In this document: in pieces, positions 47,604-58,075 of the stretch
How positions within the stretch are numbered: the stretch's first letter is position 1
How the letters are laid out: each line of letters starts with the position of its first letter
DNA from: a virus
Taxonomy: Duplodnaviria; Caudoviricetes
DNA: 64,000 bases
Strand: one strand, 5' to 3'
Virus record (IMG/VR): IMGVR_UViG_3300025450_000002
Location: 1,738 to 65,737 of that record
Translations under genes and position numbers: made by a program
Notes under the pieces: generated by a model
Database searches by the model: none
The model's input: only the letters and a program-made list of their open reading frames with translations
Told to the model about the DNA's origin: nothing

Positions 47604-50393
47604 TTATTTCTTTCTTAAACCTAGTGGGTCATCTGTATTTGTTTTACCGCTTCTTTCTAAAATTTTATTCTCAATATCTGCCTTACTAGATCTAACATCT
47701 TTTTCAAGTTCTTTAATTCTATTTCTAGCCACAGTTTGCTGATCTTTCATTTGTTTAGTTGCATTAGCAGGAAGAGCCATATTAGCCATATCATATATAT
47801 CTTTATTATCTTTTTGTATTCTTTCTAATTGCCCATTAATTACATTAACTTGATCACGTAATTTTGCGTCTTCTCTTGCTTCTCTTGTAAGTCTATTACT
47901 TTCAGCATGTTGTGCGGTACTAGCCGTACTAGCCTGATAATCTCTATCAGCTTTATATATGGCAGCTTTATATTGCATTTTATGCCCAGCGTCTTGTGCT
48001 TGTATTTCACTTGATTTTAATATGTGATCAACAGCTTTTGACGTATGTTTATCAGCTATATCCCATTTCTGTAAAGCTTCAGCGCGTTTAGCTTTATTTA
48101 CTTCAGCCTTAGCATCATCAATAGCGTTTAAAGCTTGGTTACGTCTTTCATCATTACTAATAATTTGCGGAATAGCATGTTGAATACCAGCTAATGTAGC
48201 TTGTATTAATGAACCAGGAGTCGAACCAATTTTTGCCCACATACTTGCGTAAACTAATTTTTGGTTTTTATCATACATTTTTGTTTCACGTTCTAGACGT
48301 TTATCTAATTTAGCAAGACGTTCAGCGCTATCGTCAGGACCTAAATATGATTGTAATTTAGCCATGTATGCGTCATGTATAGCATTTTTTTCTGCTTCTG
48401 TAGGTACTTTTAAATACCCTTCTATCTCAGGATTATTACCATTTTTAACAGTTTCGTTTGATACTTTTTCAGCAACAACTGCAGGAATATTAACTTTAGG
48501 TTTTTGTGATGCGTTAGTAATAGCGCCAGGTGCAGTAGTCGGTTGAACTGGTGGTTGAGCTGGTGGTTGTTGAGCTGGTGGAGGAGCCTGAACTGAAGGT
48601 TGTTGAGTTGTAGGAGCAGATGCTACATTAGCACTTCCTTGCCAATCTTGAGTTGAAGGCTGAACTGAAGTAATACCTAAACGTGCAGCGGCGGCTGTAC
48701 CCGGCGTTGGAGCTTGAGGTGTAGTTCTACCAGCTCTAATATCAGCTGTTGTTAAGCCACTACTTTGAGATGCATTTTGGTCATTACTAAATCTTGATGT
48801 AGGTGTACCCATTGCTGCAAACCTACTAGAATTTACAGGTGTAGCTAAAGAAGAGTTTTGTGCCTTTTGCATATTAGCTGCATCAATATATGCTTGTCTT
48901 ACTGCAGTTGGGTCTTCTTTTATTGCCTCACCATCATTGCCATCAGAAAACGCAATAATCCCACCGCCAGCATATTGTGCACCAGCGCGTGCTTGAAGGA
49001 TCTGTTTAATTTGATTTTTAATAGTTGGGCTTTGTGTAACGCTCATTTCTTTTTGCAAAGCGTCAGTAGGCATATCTTCTAAATCTGATTGTGTACCGCC
49101 TATCACGCCACCAACTGCATAACCTTTAATACCTTTTTTAAACTCAGAAGGTAGACCACCTCTTGCTCCAGCTAATGATCCAGCAACGCCAGCAACACCA
49201 ACAGCTTGATTCAACGCACTAGGCGCAGCTTGATATTGCTGAGTAGTAGCAGCTTGCATAGGTAAACCATGCAACATATTAGACATAGTACCCAACTGCA
49301 TAAGCGGATACTGCTGTGCAGTGGCGTAGTTCTGGATACCTTGATTAATAATCTGCTGAGCATTAGCTTGTTGTGCTGCACCTTGTGCTGCTTGTTGATT
49401 AATAATGTTTTGTTGAGCACCAAGTTGTTGTCCACCAATACCAGCAAGAGTAGCACCCGCCTGACCAGCCTGACCATATCCAGCTTGTTGAGCTCCAACA
49501 CCTTGTAATCCAGTTTGCGCACCTTGTATACCTAACTGACCAGCTTGCCCAGCGCCTTGTAAACCCATGCCATAACCTTGTAATGCTTGTGCATTACCTG
49601 ATAAAGCAGCTTGATTAGCAGCATTCATTTGTTGTTGGGCTTGGCCATATGCGGTGTTATAAGCATTACCGATTAACTGATTATTAGCCAGCATTTGATT
49701 CTGTTGATTTAAACCAGCCATTAATGCTTCACGTGTTCCGCCAAACGCACCAACTTTAGTAGCGTTAGCTTGTTCTTGTTGGCCCATCATGCCATACTGC
49801 TGATTAGATAATTGCAGTGCTGGGTTTAAAGCATTTTGAATGTATGGATTCATGTATGCGCCAACAGCATTAGGATTTGTAGACATCTGACCTAATGAAG
49901 CACCTATGTTTGCTCCCTGCTGCCCAGCCATTGCTCCTAATCCGCCATAAGCGTTTGACATACCAGCAGCTTGTTGACCTGCCATATTACCCATGCCACC
50001 ATACATACCAGCTTGACCTGTTGTACCTAAAGCACCTAAACCAGATGCAGTTGCTAAATTAGTAGCAGCGCCATATTGACCAGGCATTTGTAAGTTGGCA
50101 GCGGAAGATTGAGCTTGTTGTTGAAGTGGTGAAAATCCAGCTACTGCTTGTGAAGCGTTGTTATATGCAGTTTGATCCATACCAGAGTAAGGCTGGTACT
50201 GATTGAAGCCAGTTACGTTACCACTTGCATCTGTTTGAAATATTTGCGCCTGTGTGGCGTTCATCATATTCTGGACGTACGGCTGTGCGTACTGAGGTAT
50301 ATTCGTTTGATATACGTTTGTACCAGTTGGTTGCGATGCAGCGGTTCCACCGCTAGGATTAAATATGTTTCCTAAAAAACTTAAGTCTGCCAT
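47604..50393 (-). CDS. Internal virion/ejection protein
   Basis: Gly/Gln/Ala-rich N-half (GAFGGTR), helical C-half. Confidence 0.7.
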   Translation of the reverse strand: MADLSFLGNIFNPSGGTAASQPTGTNVYQTNIPQYAQPYVQNMMNATQAQIFQTDASGNVTGFNQYQPYSGMDQTAYNNASQAVAGFSPLQQQAQSSAANLQMPGQYGAATNLATASGLGALGTTGQAGMYGGMGNMAGQQAAGMSNAYGGLGAMAGQQGANIGASLGQMSTNPNAVGAYMNPYIQNALNPALQLSNQQYGMMGQQEQANATKVGAFGGTREALMAGLNQQNQMLANNQLIGNAYNTAYGQAQQQMNAANQAALSGNAQALQGYGMGLQGAGQAGQLGIQGAQTGLQGVGAQQAGYGQAGQAGATLAGIGGQQLGAQQNIINQQAAQGAAQQANAQQIINQGIQNYATAQQYPLMQLGTMSNMLHGLPMQAATTQQYQAAPSALNQAVGVAGVAGSLAGARGGLPSEFKKGIKGYAVGGVIGGTQSDLEDMPTDALQKEMSVTQSPTIKNQIKQILQARAGAQYAGGGIIAFSDGNDGEAIKEDPTAVRQAYIDAANMQKAQNSSLATPVNSSRFAAMGTPTSRFSNDQNASQSSGLTTADIRAGRTTPQAPTPGTAAAARLGITSVQPSTQDWQGSANVASAPTTQQPSVQAPPPAQQPPAQPPVQPTTAPGAITNASQKPKVNIPAVVAEKVSNETVKNGNNPEIEGYLKVPTEAEKNAIHDAYMAKLQSYLGPDDSAERLAKLDKRLERETKMYDKNQKLVYASMWAKIGSTPGSLIQATLAGIQHAIPQIISNDERRNQALNAIDDAKAEVNKAKRAEALQKWDIADKHTSKAVDHILKSSEIQAQDAGHKMQYKAAIYKADRDYQASTASTAQHAESNRLTREAREDAKLRDQVNVINGQLERIQKDNKDIYDMANMALPANATKQMKDQQTVARNRIKELEKDVRSSKADIENKILERSGKTNTDDPLGLRKK

Positions 50394-50410
50394 TTATATT
50401 CCCCTAATAA

Positions 50411-51880
50411 TTATGAAGGTATAAATTTATCGGTCTTAAGTTGAGGCGCTTGTTTCTTTCTGCCTGTCTTAGCCATTCTAACTTTATCCATCATACCGTG
50501 TAACTTTTCTGCACCTGCTTCAGTTGAGCCATTACCTAAATGACTTACTACATCTGCTGGCACTACAAACTCTCCATCAGCTAATCTAGCTGGTTGTCTT
50601 TCACCAATTGTTGCAGGAATATCATCGCTCATGCCATCACCAGGACCTCTAAGCAAACGAGGATTACCACCATGTGCATAACCACCTAAACTGTATCCCA
50701 TGATTCCGCCACTAGCAGCATTTTGTGTTTGTTGAGCTTGTTGAGCTTGTTGAACCATGTAAGGGTCTGTATTAATTGTTCCGTAAGGCGCAGTTTGTTG
50801 ATTTAGTCCAATACCTGCACTAGTAGGCATACCTGATCTAGCATATGCTTGCGCTAGTTGATATTTAGTTTTATCTAGAGGCGATAAGTTTTTAGTATTA
50901 GGGTCAGTATCAACAACAATTCCTACATCTTTTACCCAACTTGGATCTTCTGTATTAACATGTTGTGGGGCTAACATACTTTCATATTGTTGTATATCTT
51001 CATATACAGTTTTACCTTTACTAAAACTAGCAATACCACCTGAAGCATATCCTGTAGGTTGATAAGGGTTTTGTACATAGTTAGGGTATGGTGGGGTAAC
51101 TCCAGGTTTAACCGGACCTGTTACTGGTTGTGGTCTATTAGGTTGGAATGTAGAAGGATCTAATTTAAAATAACCTGTATCCATATTAGAGGGAGTAGCA
51201 CCAGCTGGTAAACTTACTGCTGGTTGTTTACCTAAACCTAAAGCACTAGCCGCAGTATAAAGTCCCAACCCCGTTAATATTTTATTTCTGTTCATCCAAG
51301 CTCCGGCGGCTTCCATACCATTTGCAAGCGAACTACCACCAGCAGCTCCAGTAGCTCCAGCACCACCTAAAAGACTTGACCCAGCAGTTGCTGTTCCGCC
51401 GCCATATGCTGTACCACCTAATTGAGCTGAAGTATCAGTAATAGCCCCAGAACCTAATCCATTTAATGAAGCTCCACCTAAATTAGAACCAGTATATCCA
51501 GCACCTAAAGAAGAAGTACCAGGAGTAAATGTAGTTGGAGCAGGACCAGCGCCTACAGCACCAGCAACAGTATTACCAGGTCCAGTAACACCAGTAGTGC
51601 CAGGAATAGCATTATTACCCCCTAAAGTAGCTCCACTTCCAGGAAGATTAAATAACGCATCAGTAGCGTCACTACCAAATCCTAAAGCACCAGCTCCGTA
51701 AGCAAAGCCGCCACCTAATAAACCACCCATCAACATATCTTGACCGACATTACCGCCAGTCGCAGCACCGTATAGTCCACCAGCACCAGCACCTAAAAGT
51801 GCACCACCTCCAATAGCAGCTGCAGTTCCTTCAAGACCGACAGCTGAACCTACCGCAACAGCTATATCAACGACTGCCAT
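50411..51880 (-). CDS. Gly-rich internal virion/ejection protein
   Basis: Glycine-zipper N-terminus; C-terminal GPGDGMSDDIPA...LADGEFVVPA domain. Confidence 0.7.
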   Translation of the reverse strand: MAVVDIAVAVGSAVGLEGTAAAIGGGALLGAGAGGLYGAATGGNVGQDMLMGGLLGGGFAYGAGALGFGSDATDALFNLPGSGATLGGNNAIPGTTGVTGPGNTVAGAVGAGPAPTTFTPGTSSLGAGYTGSNLGGASLNGLGSGAITDTSAQLGGTAYGGGTATAGSSLLGGAGATGAAGGSSLANGMEAAGAWMNRNKILTGLGLYTAASALGLGKQPAVSLPAGATPSNMDTGYFKLDPSTFQPNRPQPVTGPVKPGVTPPYPNYVQNPYQPTGYASGGIASFSKGKTVYEDIQQYESMLAPQHVNTEDPSWVKDVGIVVDTDPNTKNLSPLDKTKYQLAQAYARSGMPTSAGIGLNQQTAPYGTINTDPYMVQQAQQAQQTQNAASGGIMGYSLGGYAHGGNPRLLRGPGDGMSDDIPATIGERQPARLADGEFVVPADVVSHLGNGSTEAGAEKLHGMMDKVRMAKTGRKKQAPQLKTDKFIPS

Positions 51881-51881
51881 A

Positions 51882-52268
51882 TTAGTTTCCTTCCAATGCT
51901 AGAGTATCTATAAACATATGTTCTAACTTTTCAATATCAGTTTCTTCAGTAGCAAATATGTTTTGAAATACAACTGTTTCTAATATATACGCTACTTTCC
52001 TACCAGGTTTTGCTACAAATGTAGCTGGAGCTACGAGCTCTGCAACTTCACCATCTTCATTCTTTACTCTCATACGCCCTTGAAGCATGACGCATAGATG
52101 TTCTGTTTTGTGTGGTTTACCAATAACTATTGCACCAGCAGGCATGGTTACTTCTCTTACATATAACCCGGGCCCAAAGTAATGTTTAGTTTTACAATCT
52201 AATTGTGGTAATGCTCTAAGTTCAGGTAACACTACATCTAACTTAGTACGTTGAGTAGATAATATCAT
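51882..52268 (-). CDS. Cupin-like protein
   Basis: HYFGPGLYVREVTMPAG...GKPHKTEH. Confidence 0.65.
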   Translation of the reverse strand: MILSTQRTKLDVVLPELRALPQLDCKTKHYFGPGLYVREVTMPAGAIVIGKPHKTEHLCVMLQGRMRVKNEDGEVAELVAPATFVAKPGRKVAYILETVVFQNIFATEETDIEKLEHMFIDTLALEGN

Positions 52269-52571
52269 TTAAACCGCCGTTCCGCTACTATTTACCCATT
52301 TAGATCCACTCCACCATATTGGATAACCAAGCGTTTGATCAAAATAAAATCTACCTATTTGTAAAGCTACTTTTGGTCTTTGAGCTGTAGTCCCTGTACT
52401 AGGTGTTTGAGTAGCTTGAGCAAAGTTATTTAATTGATTAAAGTAAAGCCTTAATGCATTAAAAATATGGTTTTCAAAATCAGAACTATAACTTTGTGGC
52501 GGCACTGGTAAATTTGGTGGTGTAGGAACAAGTGGAGTTCCGTTATAGGTATCAAAATTTGAATTAGCCAT
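52269..52571 (-). CDS. Small tail protein
   Basis: LRLYFNQL helix; GTTAQRP...YFDxTLGxPIWW. Confidence 0.6.
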   Translation of the reverse strand: MANSNFDTYNGTPLVPTPPNLPVPPQSYSSDFENHIFNALRLYFNQLNNFAQATQTPSTGTTAQRPKVALQIGRFYFDQTLGYPIWWSGSKWVNSSGTAV

Positions 52572-54730
52572 TATCTTCTTCCATCTGACTTAAGGTCAAT
52601 TCTTGGACTACCAAGCTGCCATGTAGTGCCCACTGTATTTGACTCAATCCTAAATGACATCTGACGACCTCTTAGTCTTGTATAGACTTGACCATCAAAC
52701 TGCTGAATTGTATATACCTGATTAGTTTTGCTATAAGGTTGTGGGCTACCATATAAAGTATTTGATCCACCATAAGAAGGTACTAATGGATTAGCGGCTA
52801 CGCCATAAGGTGCGCCTGAGTTTTGTCTTGGTACAACTGTCATATTTACGGATGGATAGCCATTGACAGAGCCGTTAAAGTTTACGTCTGGAAGAATACG
52901 CCATACAAACCCAAAGTTTTGTCCGTCACCAATATCAAAGTCAGAAGACTGTATATAAGCATCAATAGGTAAAGTAGTTCCTGTAGCAACATCATCTACG
53001 CCGTTTTCATGGAAAAGCAATCTACTGTTATAGTCTGCAGCAATCGGATAATTAAATATGCCAGAATCTAACCAAGCTGTACGAGCCATAGTGCCGTAAT
53101 ACCATACGTTATCTAAATAGTTAAAAATTACATATCTATCTACTGTTTGTCCGCCACCACTTACGCTACAGTAAAACCACCATACTTCACTATAAGCTTC
53201 ATTAGCACCAGCAAAAATCTGGTAAGACTGATCTTGATTAATATCATCAAAGATGTATTGTCTTAGTGAACAAGGTAAAGTTTGCACTGTACCAGAATAA
53301 AAATAAAATTTCTCTTTACCCATCCAGTAAGTTATATTATTTACTGTGATCATTGAGTTTGGAGACATAACAGATATGTTATCCATTAATAGCTGGAAAC
53401 CCCAAACATAAGGTGCGCCGATATATTGCATTGAATAAAGCGCTGAATCAGTCCAAACTAAAATCTCTTGGCGAGTCGAACGCGCCGCCATAATGTAAGA
53501 GCCATTAGTTAAAGTAAATTCACCAGCCTGATTAGTTAGTATTGGTATCCACTGATACTGGTTAGCTTGATCAGACCAACGCACAAGCATAGGATTAAAC
53601 GTAGTGTTAGGCGTACCAGGACTATATGGGTTAGCACCAAAGGCAATAACGAATTGTTGTATAGATGAAGTAATTACCTGCAAGGTTTCGATCGGTACGT
53701 ACGCACCTGCGTACGAGAAATTATATGTGCTTGAACTAGGTAAAGTAGTTGTTGTACCAGCAGGATAAAGAGGTACAGTAGTAGACCCTGTGACGTACGA
53801 CGGCGCTACGTAAGTACCAGCTGGAATGCCAATACCAGTAATGTACATGTTAGGATAAATATTTGGAGCGTTAGTTGCTGTTACTGTAATACTTGACGCA
53901 CCAGAACCGAATGTAGAAGCATCGACTACAGCCGTAGTTGTATTAGCCAAAGCGGATAAATACTGAGCCCTAACAGATACGCCGTTAGCATCTTGCCAAT
54001 AAAAGATAGGACCGCCACGTGGTGCAATAACTAGGTCTTGTCCAAAGTTATCATTCGACCATAAACGCAAAGATTGAGTTACGCCTGAAGTATATCCACT
54101 ACCCCAACCACCTCGACCAAAAGGACCAACACCCCATCCAGTACCAGGTACATACGTATTTAATCCTGTAGGATATTCATAATAGATGCTAGTGATTGCG
54201 CCTGAAGTTGTAGAGGATGTTGCAGCAGTTGCAGCCGTGAATGTAAAAGTTGTAGCGCTAGGTACGCTAGTTACTACGTATTCTACCTGTTGTCCAGCCG
54301 TAGCTAAAGTAATACCACCTACTGTAATTGCAGTTGATGGATTATAGAAATAAAAGTAATCACCTACGTTTGGGTTATAAGATGTATCTGTGATTGTTAC
54401 AGTCTTTGAAGTATTAACAGTAGTAGCTGTACCTGTAGTCGTAGTTTGTACTACTGGCGTTATGTCATTGTAAAAACCACCGCCTTGAATATAATACTTA
54501 AGGTTAGTACCAACACCAATATAGTTATTGCCGTTAAGATCAATCCAGTTCCATAATGACCTTGCAATACCTAAAAACTGATATGAAGATTGCTGAACCC
54601 AGCCGCCTATCTTTTCAGGAAACCCGAAACGGAACCTTATCTTATTGCCATCAAACCATCCGCCTTCATTAGAGTAAGTAGTAACCTCTCTAGTAAGTCC
54701 TGGACGAAATTGTAGCTTCTGTAAAGGCAT
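52571..54730 (-). CDS. Tail nozzle / tubular protein B-like (P22 gp10-like)
   Basis: 719 aa; beta-propeller-like (VRWSDQ); precedes ejection genes. Confidence 0.7.
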   Translation of the reverse strand: MPLQKLQFRPGLTREVTTYSNEGGWFDGNKIRFRFGFPEKIGGWVQQSSYQFLGIARSLWNWIDLNGNNYIGVGTNLKYYIQGGGFYNDITPVVQTTTTGTATTVNTSKTVTITDTSYNPNVGDYFYFYNPSTAITVGGITLATAGQQVEYVVTSVPSATTFTFTAATAATSSTTSGAITSIYYEYPTGLNTYVPGTGWGVGPFGRGGWGSGYTSGVTQSLRLWSNDNFGQDLVIAPRGGPIFYWQDANGVSVRAQYLSALANTTTAVVDASTFGSGASSITVTATNAPNIYPNMYITGIGIPAGTYVAPSYVTGSTTVPLYPAGTTTTLPSSSTYNFSYAGAYVPIETLQVITSSIQQFVIAFGANPYSPGTPNTTFNPMLVRWSDQANQYQWIPILTNQAGEFTLTNGSYIMAARSTRQEILVWTDSALYSMQYIGAPYVWGFQLLMDNISVMSPNSMITVNNITYWMGKEKFYFYSGTVQTLPCSLRQYIFDDINQDQSYQIFAGANEAYSEVWWFYCSVSGGGQTVDRYVIFNYLDNVWYYGTMARTAWLDSGIFNYPIAADYNSRLLFHENGVDDVATGTTLPIDAYIQSSDFDIGDGQNFGFVWRILPDVNFNGSVNGYPSVNMTVVPRQNSGAPYGVAANPLVPSYGGSNTLYGSPQPYSKTNQVYTIQQFDGQVYTRLRGRQMSFRIESNTVGTTWQLGSPRIDLKSDGRR

Positions 54731-54735
54731 GGGGT

Positions 54736-55251
54736 TTACCCTAACATTGATTCAGATAATGTTTTTACTTCAGCAACTCTATTAAGCCAACCTTTTCCAA
54801 AAGTAGGGAATGTACTTAGTGATTTATAAAAAGCTTCTTTTAACTGACTAAACTTTTCAATTAACTCTTTAGGGTCAGCCTTTTGAATAAACGATAAGCT
54901 CGTGGGTCCCAGCACGCCATCCGCAGCAACTCCAGCTGCCTCTTGTATGAGTTTGGCAGCTCTGCCCACGCCCATGTTAACAGCACTATCAAATACGGCA
55001 TAGTCGACACCAGCAGGAAGGTCATCACCATGAATCTTATCCCAATAATTTTGCTTATATAAATTATACACGTCTTCATCAGGGATTACCCTAAGTTCAT
55101 CTTTAGTAATGTGTGGGTTTCTTTTCCATTCACGATAAACGGCTAAGGTAATTCCTTTCATAGTAGCCCCACCTGGATCGGCAGGATTATCACTCCAAAG
55201 TCCTTCGCTCTTTAATACGTGGGCTAACGCAGCTTCATAATTATTTTTCAT
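54736..55251 (-). CDS. Endolysin, glycoside hydrolase family 108
   Basis: SEGxxSDxPxDPGGxTxxGIT; FDxAVNxG; FGKGWLNR. Confidence 0.9.
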   Translation of the reverse strand: MKNNYEAALAHVLKSEGLWSDNPADPGGATMKGITLAVYREWKRNPHITKDELRVIPDEDVYNLYKQNYWDKIHGDDLPAGVDYAVFDSAVNMGVGRAAKLIQEAAGVAADGVLGPTSLSFIQKADPKELIEKFSQLKEAFYKSLSTFPTFGKGWLNRVAEVKTLSESMLG

Positions 55252-55453
55252 CGTCGTTTCCTATTTTGATACCAGTAATAAGCCCTATGAATCCACCAAT
55301 CACAGTTTGGAAAGCCGGACCAATAATATCGAATACTTTTGTATCATCTACAGCAGGATCAATAATGGCATAAATAAACATTAGAATAAATGCGCCAACT
55401 ACGCCAACTAAAGCATAAGTAGCAATTAATAAAATGTGTTCTTTATGGTTCAT
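55241..55453 (-). CDS. Two-TM membrane protein (lysis cluster)
   Basis: Two hydrophobic helices. Confidence 0.65.
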   Translation of the reverse strand: MNHKEHILLIATYALVGVVGAFILMFIYAIIDPAVDDTKVFDIIGPAFQTVIGGFIGLITGIKIGNDDEK

Positions 55454-55857
55454 TTTGATGCAACTCCTTGTACTTTTTCAAATGTTCTTAATCCACCCAT
55501 ACCAAGCATACCCATCATTAACTGCCAAAGATTATCGTCAAGTCCAGGCAGGGGTGGGGCAGCGATACCAAAAGCAGGTAAAATTCCTGTCGCTAATGGC
55601 TTTAATAAATATTGATAGAACAATGCCAACGCGCATACCCAACCAATTGCTGGTCTCCAGCCCGATACAAATATTGAAGCACTTTGAGCCTCCTGCTTAT
55701 TAATGTCTGTCTGAGCAGTCATGGTAGCTAAATCACCAGACTGTTGTAGCTTTAAAAGTTCTAGTTTAGCATTAGCGGCTTGAGCGGGATCAGGAAAAAT
55801 TCTAGTGATTAGAGTATTACCTAAGTCTAATGCTGCTGAGATTGGATCTAGTGCCAT
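55450..55857 (-). CDS. Holin, GTA 3TM family
   Basis: INxxEA...FVSGWRPAIGW...GMLGMGGLRTFEK. Confidence 0.8.
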   Translation of the reverse strand: MALDPISAALDLGNTLITRIFPDPAQAANAKLELLKLQQSGDLATMTAQTDINKQEAQSASIFVSGWRPAIGWVCALALFYQYLLKPLATGILPAFGIAAPPLPGLDDNLWQLMMGMLGMGGLRTFEKVQGVASK

Positions 55858-55858
55858 A

Positions 55859-55936
55859 TCAACCCTTTAACAATATAATTAACATCATACAAATTAATGC
55901 GAACATTGTCCACCACTTAAACAAATCATCATCCAC
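55859..55936 (-). CDS. Hydrophobic micro-peptide (25 aa, GTG start)
   Basis: MDDDLFKWWTMFALICMMLIILLKG; AAGGA RBS; fills gap. Confidence 0.5.
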   Translation of the reverse strand: MDDDLFKWWTMFALICMMLIILLKG

Positions 55937-56105
55937 GGACTATATCCTTCTTGGTTCGGACTAATACCTTATGTCCTTTATCAAATTTTGGTCTTGGTAC
56001 CCGTATTTTTTCTAGTTCTTTAATCTCAAAATGCAAATAAATTACATAAGACCAAATAACTAATTCAACTAAAAATACCGCAAACCAATACTTAACCCAG
56101 CTCAT
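55929..56105 (-). CDS. Small membrane-anchored protein (58 aa)
   Basis: MSWVKYWFAVFLVELVIWSYVIYL...; ATGA overlap with upstream stop. Confidence 0.6.
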   Translation of the reverse strand: MSWVKYWFAVFLVELVIWSYVIYLHFEIKELEKIRVPRPKFDKGHKVLVRTKKDIVRG

Positions 56106-56554
56106 ACAAGATTAAAGTAATACAGCAAACAGGTAATAATAAAGGCAGCAAACCAGCAATAAAACTGTACCCTCCTTACATCCTCTAATTTATGCCCATA
56201 ATACTTTTTACTTTCTTGATGTTCTTTTTCAACTACCGCTTTTAACTCTAAGACCTTAGCCCATTCTTTTGCACCATACTTGGCTTTAAACTCTCGCTCG
56301 GCTTGATTTTCTGCTTCAATAATTGCACTTTGATTCTGATACTCTTGGATTGCCCGATATATCATCGAGTTCTCCATCGCCTCTTCGTGTATCTTGTGCT
56401 TTTTTCTTGCTTCTAATTCTTGTAAAGCAACTTCCGTGCCATCACGCTGGATGTTTTCAATGCTTTTGGTAAGTTTTTTACCTGCCTCTCTACTTTGTTC
56501 AAGGCTATTTGCTAAAGACTTTGCACCCTCGGCAATCGGATTGATGTCTGGCAT
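56102..56554 (-). CDS. Coiled-coil protein with C-terminal TM helix
   Basis: 150 aa. Confidence 0.65.
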   Translation of the reverse strand: MPDINPIAEGAKSLANSLEQSREAGKKLTKSIENIQRDGTEVALQELEARKKHKIHEEAMENSMIYRAIQEYQNQSAIIEAENQAEREFKAKYGAKEWAKVLELKAVVEKEHQESKKYYGHKLEDVRRVQFYCWFAAFIITCLLYYFNLV

Positions 56555-56562
56555 TCACTTAC

Positions 56563-56814
56563 TTATTGTCCTAACAATGCTTTTACTTCACTTTCTGATA
56601 AACCAAGTGCTGTTAATTTAGCAAGTGCGGAGGCTTTAGCATCTTTAGAGGCTTGTTCTTCTTGTACTTCTTGTGTTTCTAATTCTGCTAGTTTTGCTTG
56701 TGCTTGTGACATATCATATTGCACTGGATTACCATCTTTGTCGTAAGCATCTTCACCGTTAATAGTAATAATGCTTGAGTTTAATGCTCGAATTGCGTCA
56801 TGTAAATGTGCCAT
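56563..56814 (-). CDS. Tail-fibre-associated small protein (start corrected)
   Basis: C-terminal KASALAKLTALGLSESEV; follows fibre genes. Confidence 0.6.
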   Translation of the reverse strand: MAHLHDAIRALNSSIITINGEDAYDKDGNPVQYDMSQAQAKLAELETQEVQEEQASKDAKASALAKLTALGLSESEVKALLGQ

Positions 56815-56815
56815 A

Positions 56816-57241
56816 TTATGATCCTGAAATTTCCATAAGAATAAATGAACAAGTTTGGTTGTTGTAGGGTACATATATAGTGGAACCCGAACCTAAAACT
56901 TGAACTGTATATGTTAGTGCGCTTGTTGTTGCTGGCGAATCAAGATATACCGGTGTTTCATAAACAATAGTATTGCCAGCTGAGTTATATATTGTGTAGG
57001 TACTTTGAGTATAAACAGCACTTCCATTTCTAACAATTTGAAAACTTCCACCACCAGCCGCAGCGTAATATACAGAAAAACTAGGCATTACTAAAATTTT
57101 ACTTGTTGTTGAAAACGGAGTAATTGAAGCAGTAATATTTGTGTTTACAAATGTTGTTGATGATGTTGAAAGTGTAGTAGAGCTAGTTGACTGAACAACT
57201 TGTAATACTGTTTGTCCACTGCCGTATAAAGATACTGACAT
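56816..57241 (-). CDS. Tail-fibre tip/adhesin-like protein
   Basis: VLQVVQ...ITPxxxxSKILV...YLDSPATTSALTY...LMEI. Confidence 0.65.
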   Translation of the reverse strand: MSVSLYGSGQTVLQVVQSTSSTTLSTSSTTFVNTNITASITPFSTTSKILVMPSFSVYYAAAGGGSFQIVRNGSAVYTQSTYTIYNSAGNTIVYETPVYLDSPATTSALTYTVQVLGSGSTIYVPYNNQTCSFILMEISGS

Positions 57242-57251
57242 AGCCTACTCC

Positions 57252-57677
57252 TTAAGCGTTAGCCGTAATTGCAGATTGAACAGGGGTAATAGCGTCTAAT
57301 AACTGTTGAGTTGTTGTAGCAGAAGAAATAGCAGTACGAGCAGTTGTAAGTAATGCCAACCAATCTGCGTCTGATAACTTGTTTTCTATACCAATACCCG
57401 CATTTGTTGTGCGGTGTGTTACTTCTGCCTTCGCCATACCATTTAACATAGTGTTAGCAAATGTTTTAGCCTTATCAAGATTAACAGTTACAGTTGAACC
57501 TGACATTTCCCAAGCATCAAAGAACTTAGCATCGGAACCTTGTGGGAGTGTGTCAGAATCAACAATGATTGAACCTGCTGGAGTATCTTTTGTTTTAACT
57601 GCATCAATAGGTAACTCGCCTGTAGGAACGGTAACTGAAACTCCACCGTTGTCGTTTGTGTAAATAATTACTTGCAT
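57252..57677 (-). CDS. Tail fibre assembly chaperone-like protein
   Basis: IIYxNxxGGVSV...KDxP...FFDAW. Confidence 0.6.
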   Translation of the reverse strand: MQVIIYTNDNGGVSVTVPTGELPIDAVKTKDTPAGSIIVDSDTLPQGSDAKFFDAWEMSGSTVTVNLDKAKTFANTMLNGMAKAEVTHRTTNAGIGIENKLSDADWLALLTTARTAISSATTTQQLLDAITPVQSAITANA

Positions 57678-57696
57678 TTAAATCTCCTTTAAAAAA

Positions 57697-58062
57697 TTAA
57701 TTGCTAAAAATTGTAACACTTCCTCTATCCACATTAGTTGCAACAATAGAAGTATTAATATAAGCTACTTGAACTTGTGATGCGGTGGGAGTAAACGTAT
57801 TATTGTCTAATGTACCAACATATGATGAATTATCAGCACCACTTATTTGTGTAACATAATTAGCAGTAGGCATTGCAGTTGTAAAACTAATTAAATATCT
57901 TCCTGAGCTTGGATTGGTGATGCTTGAAACATTATAAGAAGAAAGAACGCTAGTTCCATTATGCACAATCCATGCTTTAGCACAGCCACTTATTACGTTG
58001 GTAGTTGAGGTGCTTGCACCAGCACCGTTTTGAATTGTATCTGAGACGATTGTTCCTGCCAT
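57697..58062 (-). CDS. Tail-fibre tip/adhesin-like protein, paralog B
   Basis: MAGTI...AKAW...NVSSIT...Y.I.FTTAMPxANY. Confidence 0.65.
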   Translation of the reverse strand: MAGTIVSDTIQNGAGASTSTTNVISGCAKAWIVHNGTSVLSSYNVSSITNPSSGRYLISFTTAMPTANYVTQISGADNSSYVGTLDNNTFTPTASQVQVAYINTSIVATNVDRGSVTIFSN

Positions 58063-58075
58063 GATTTATCCTTTA

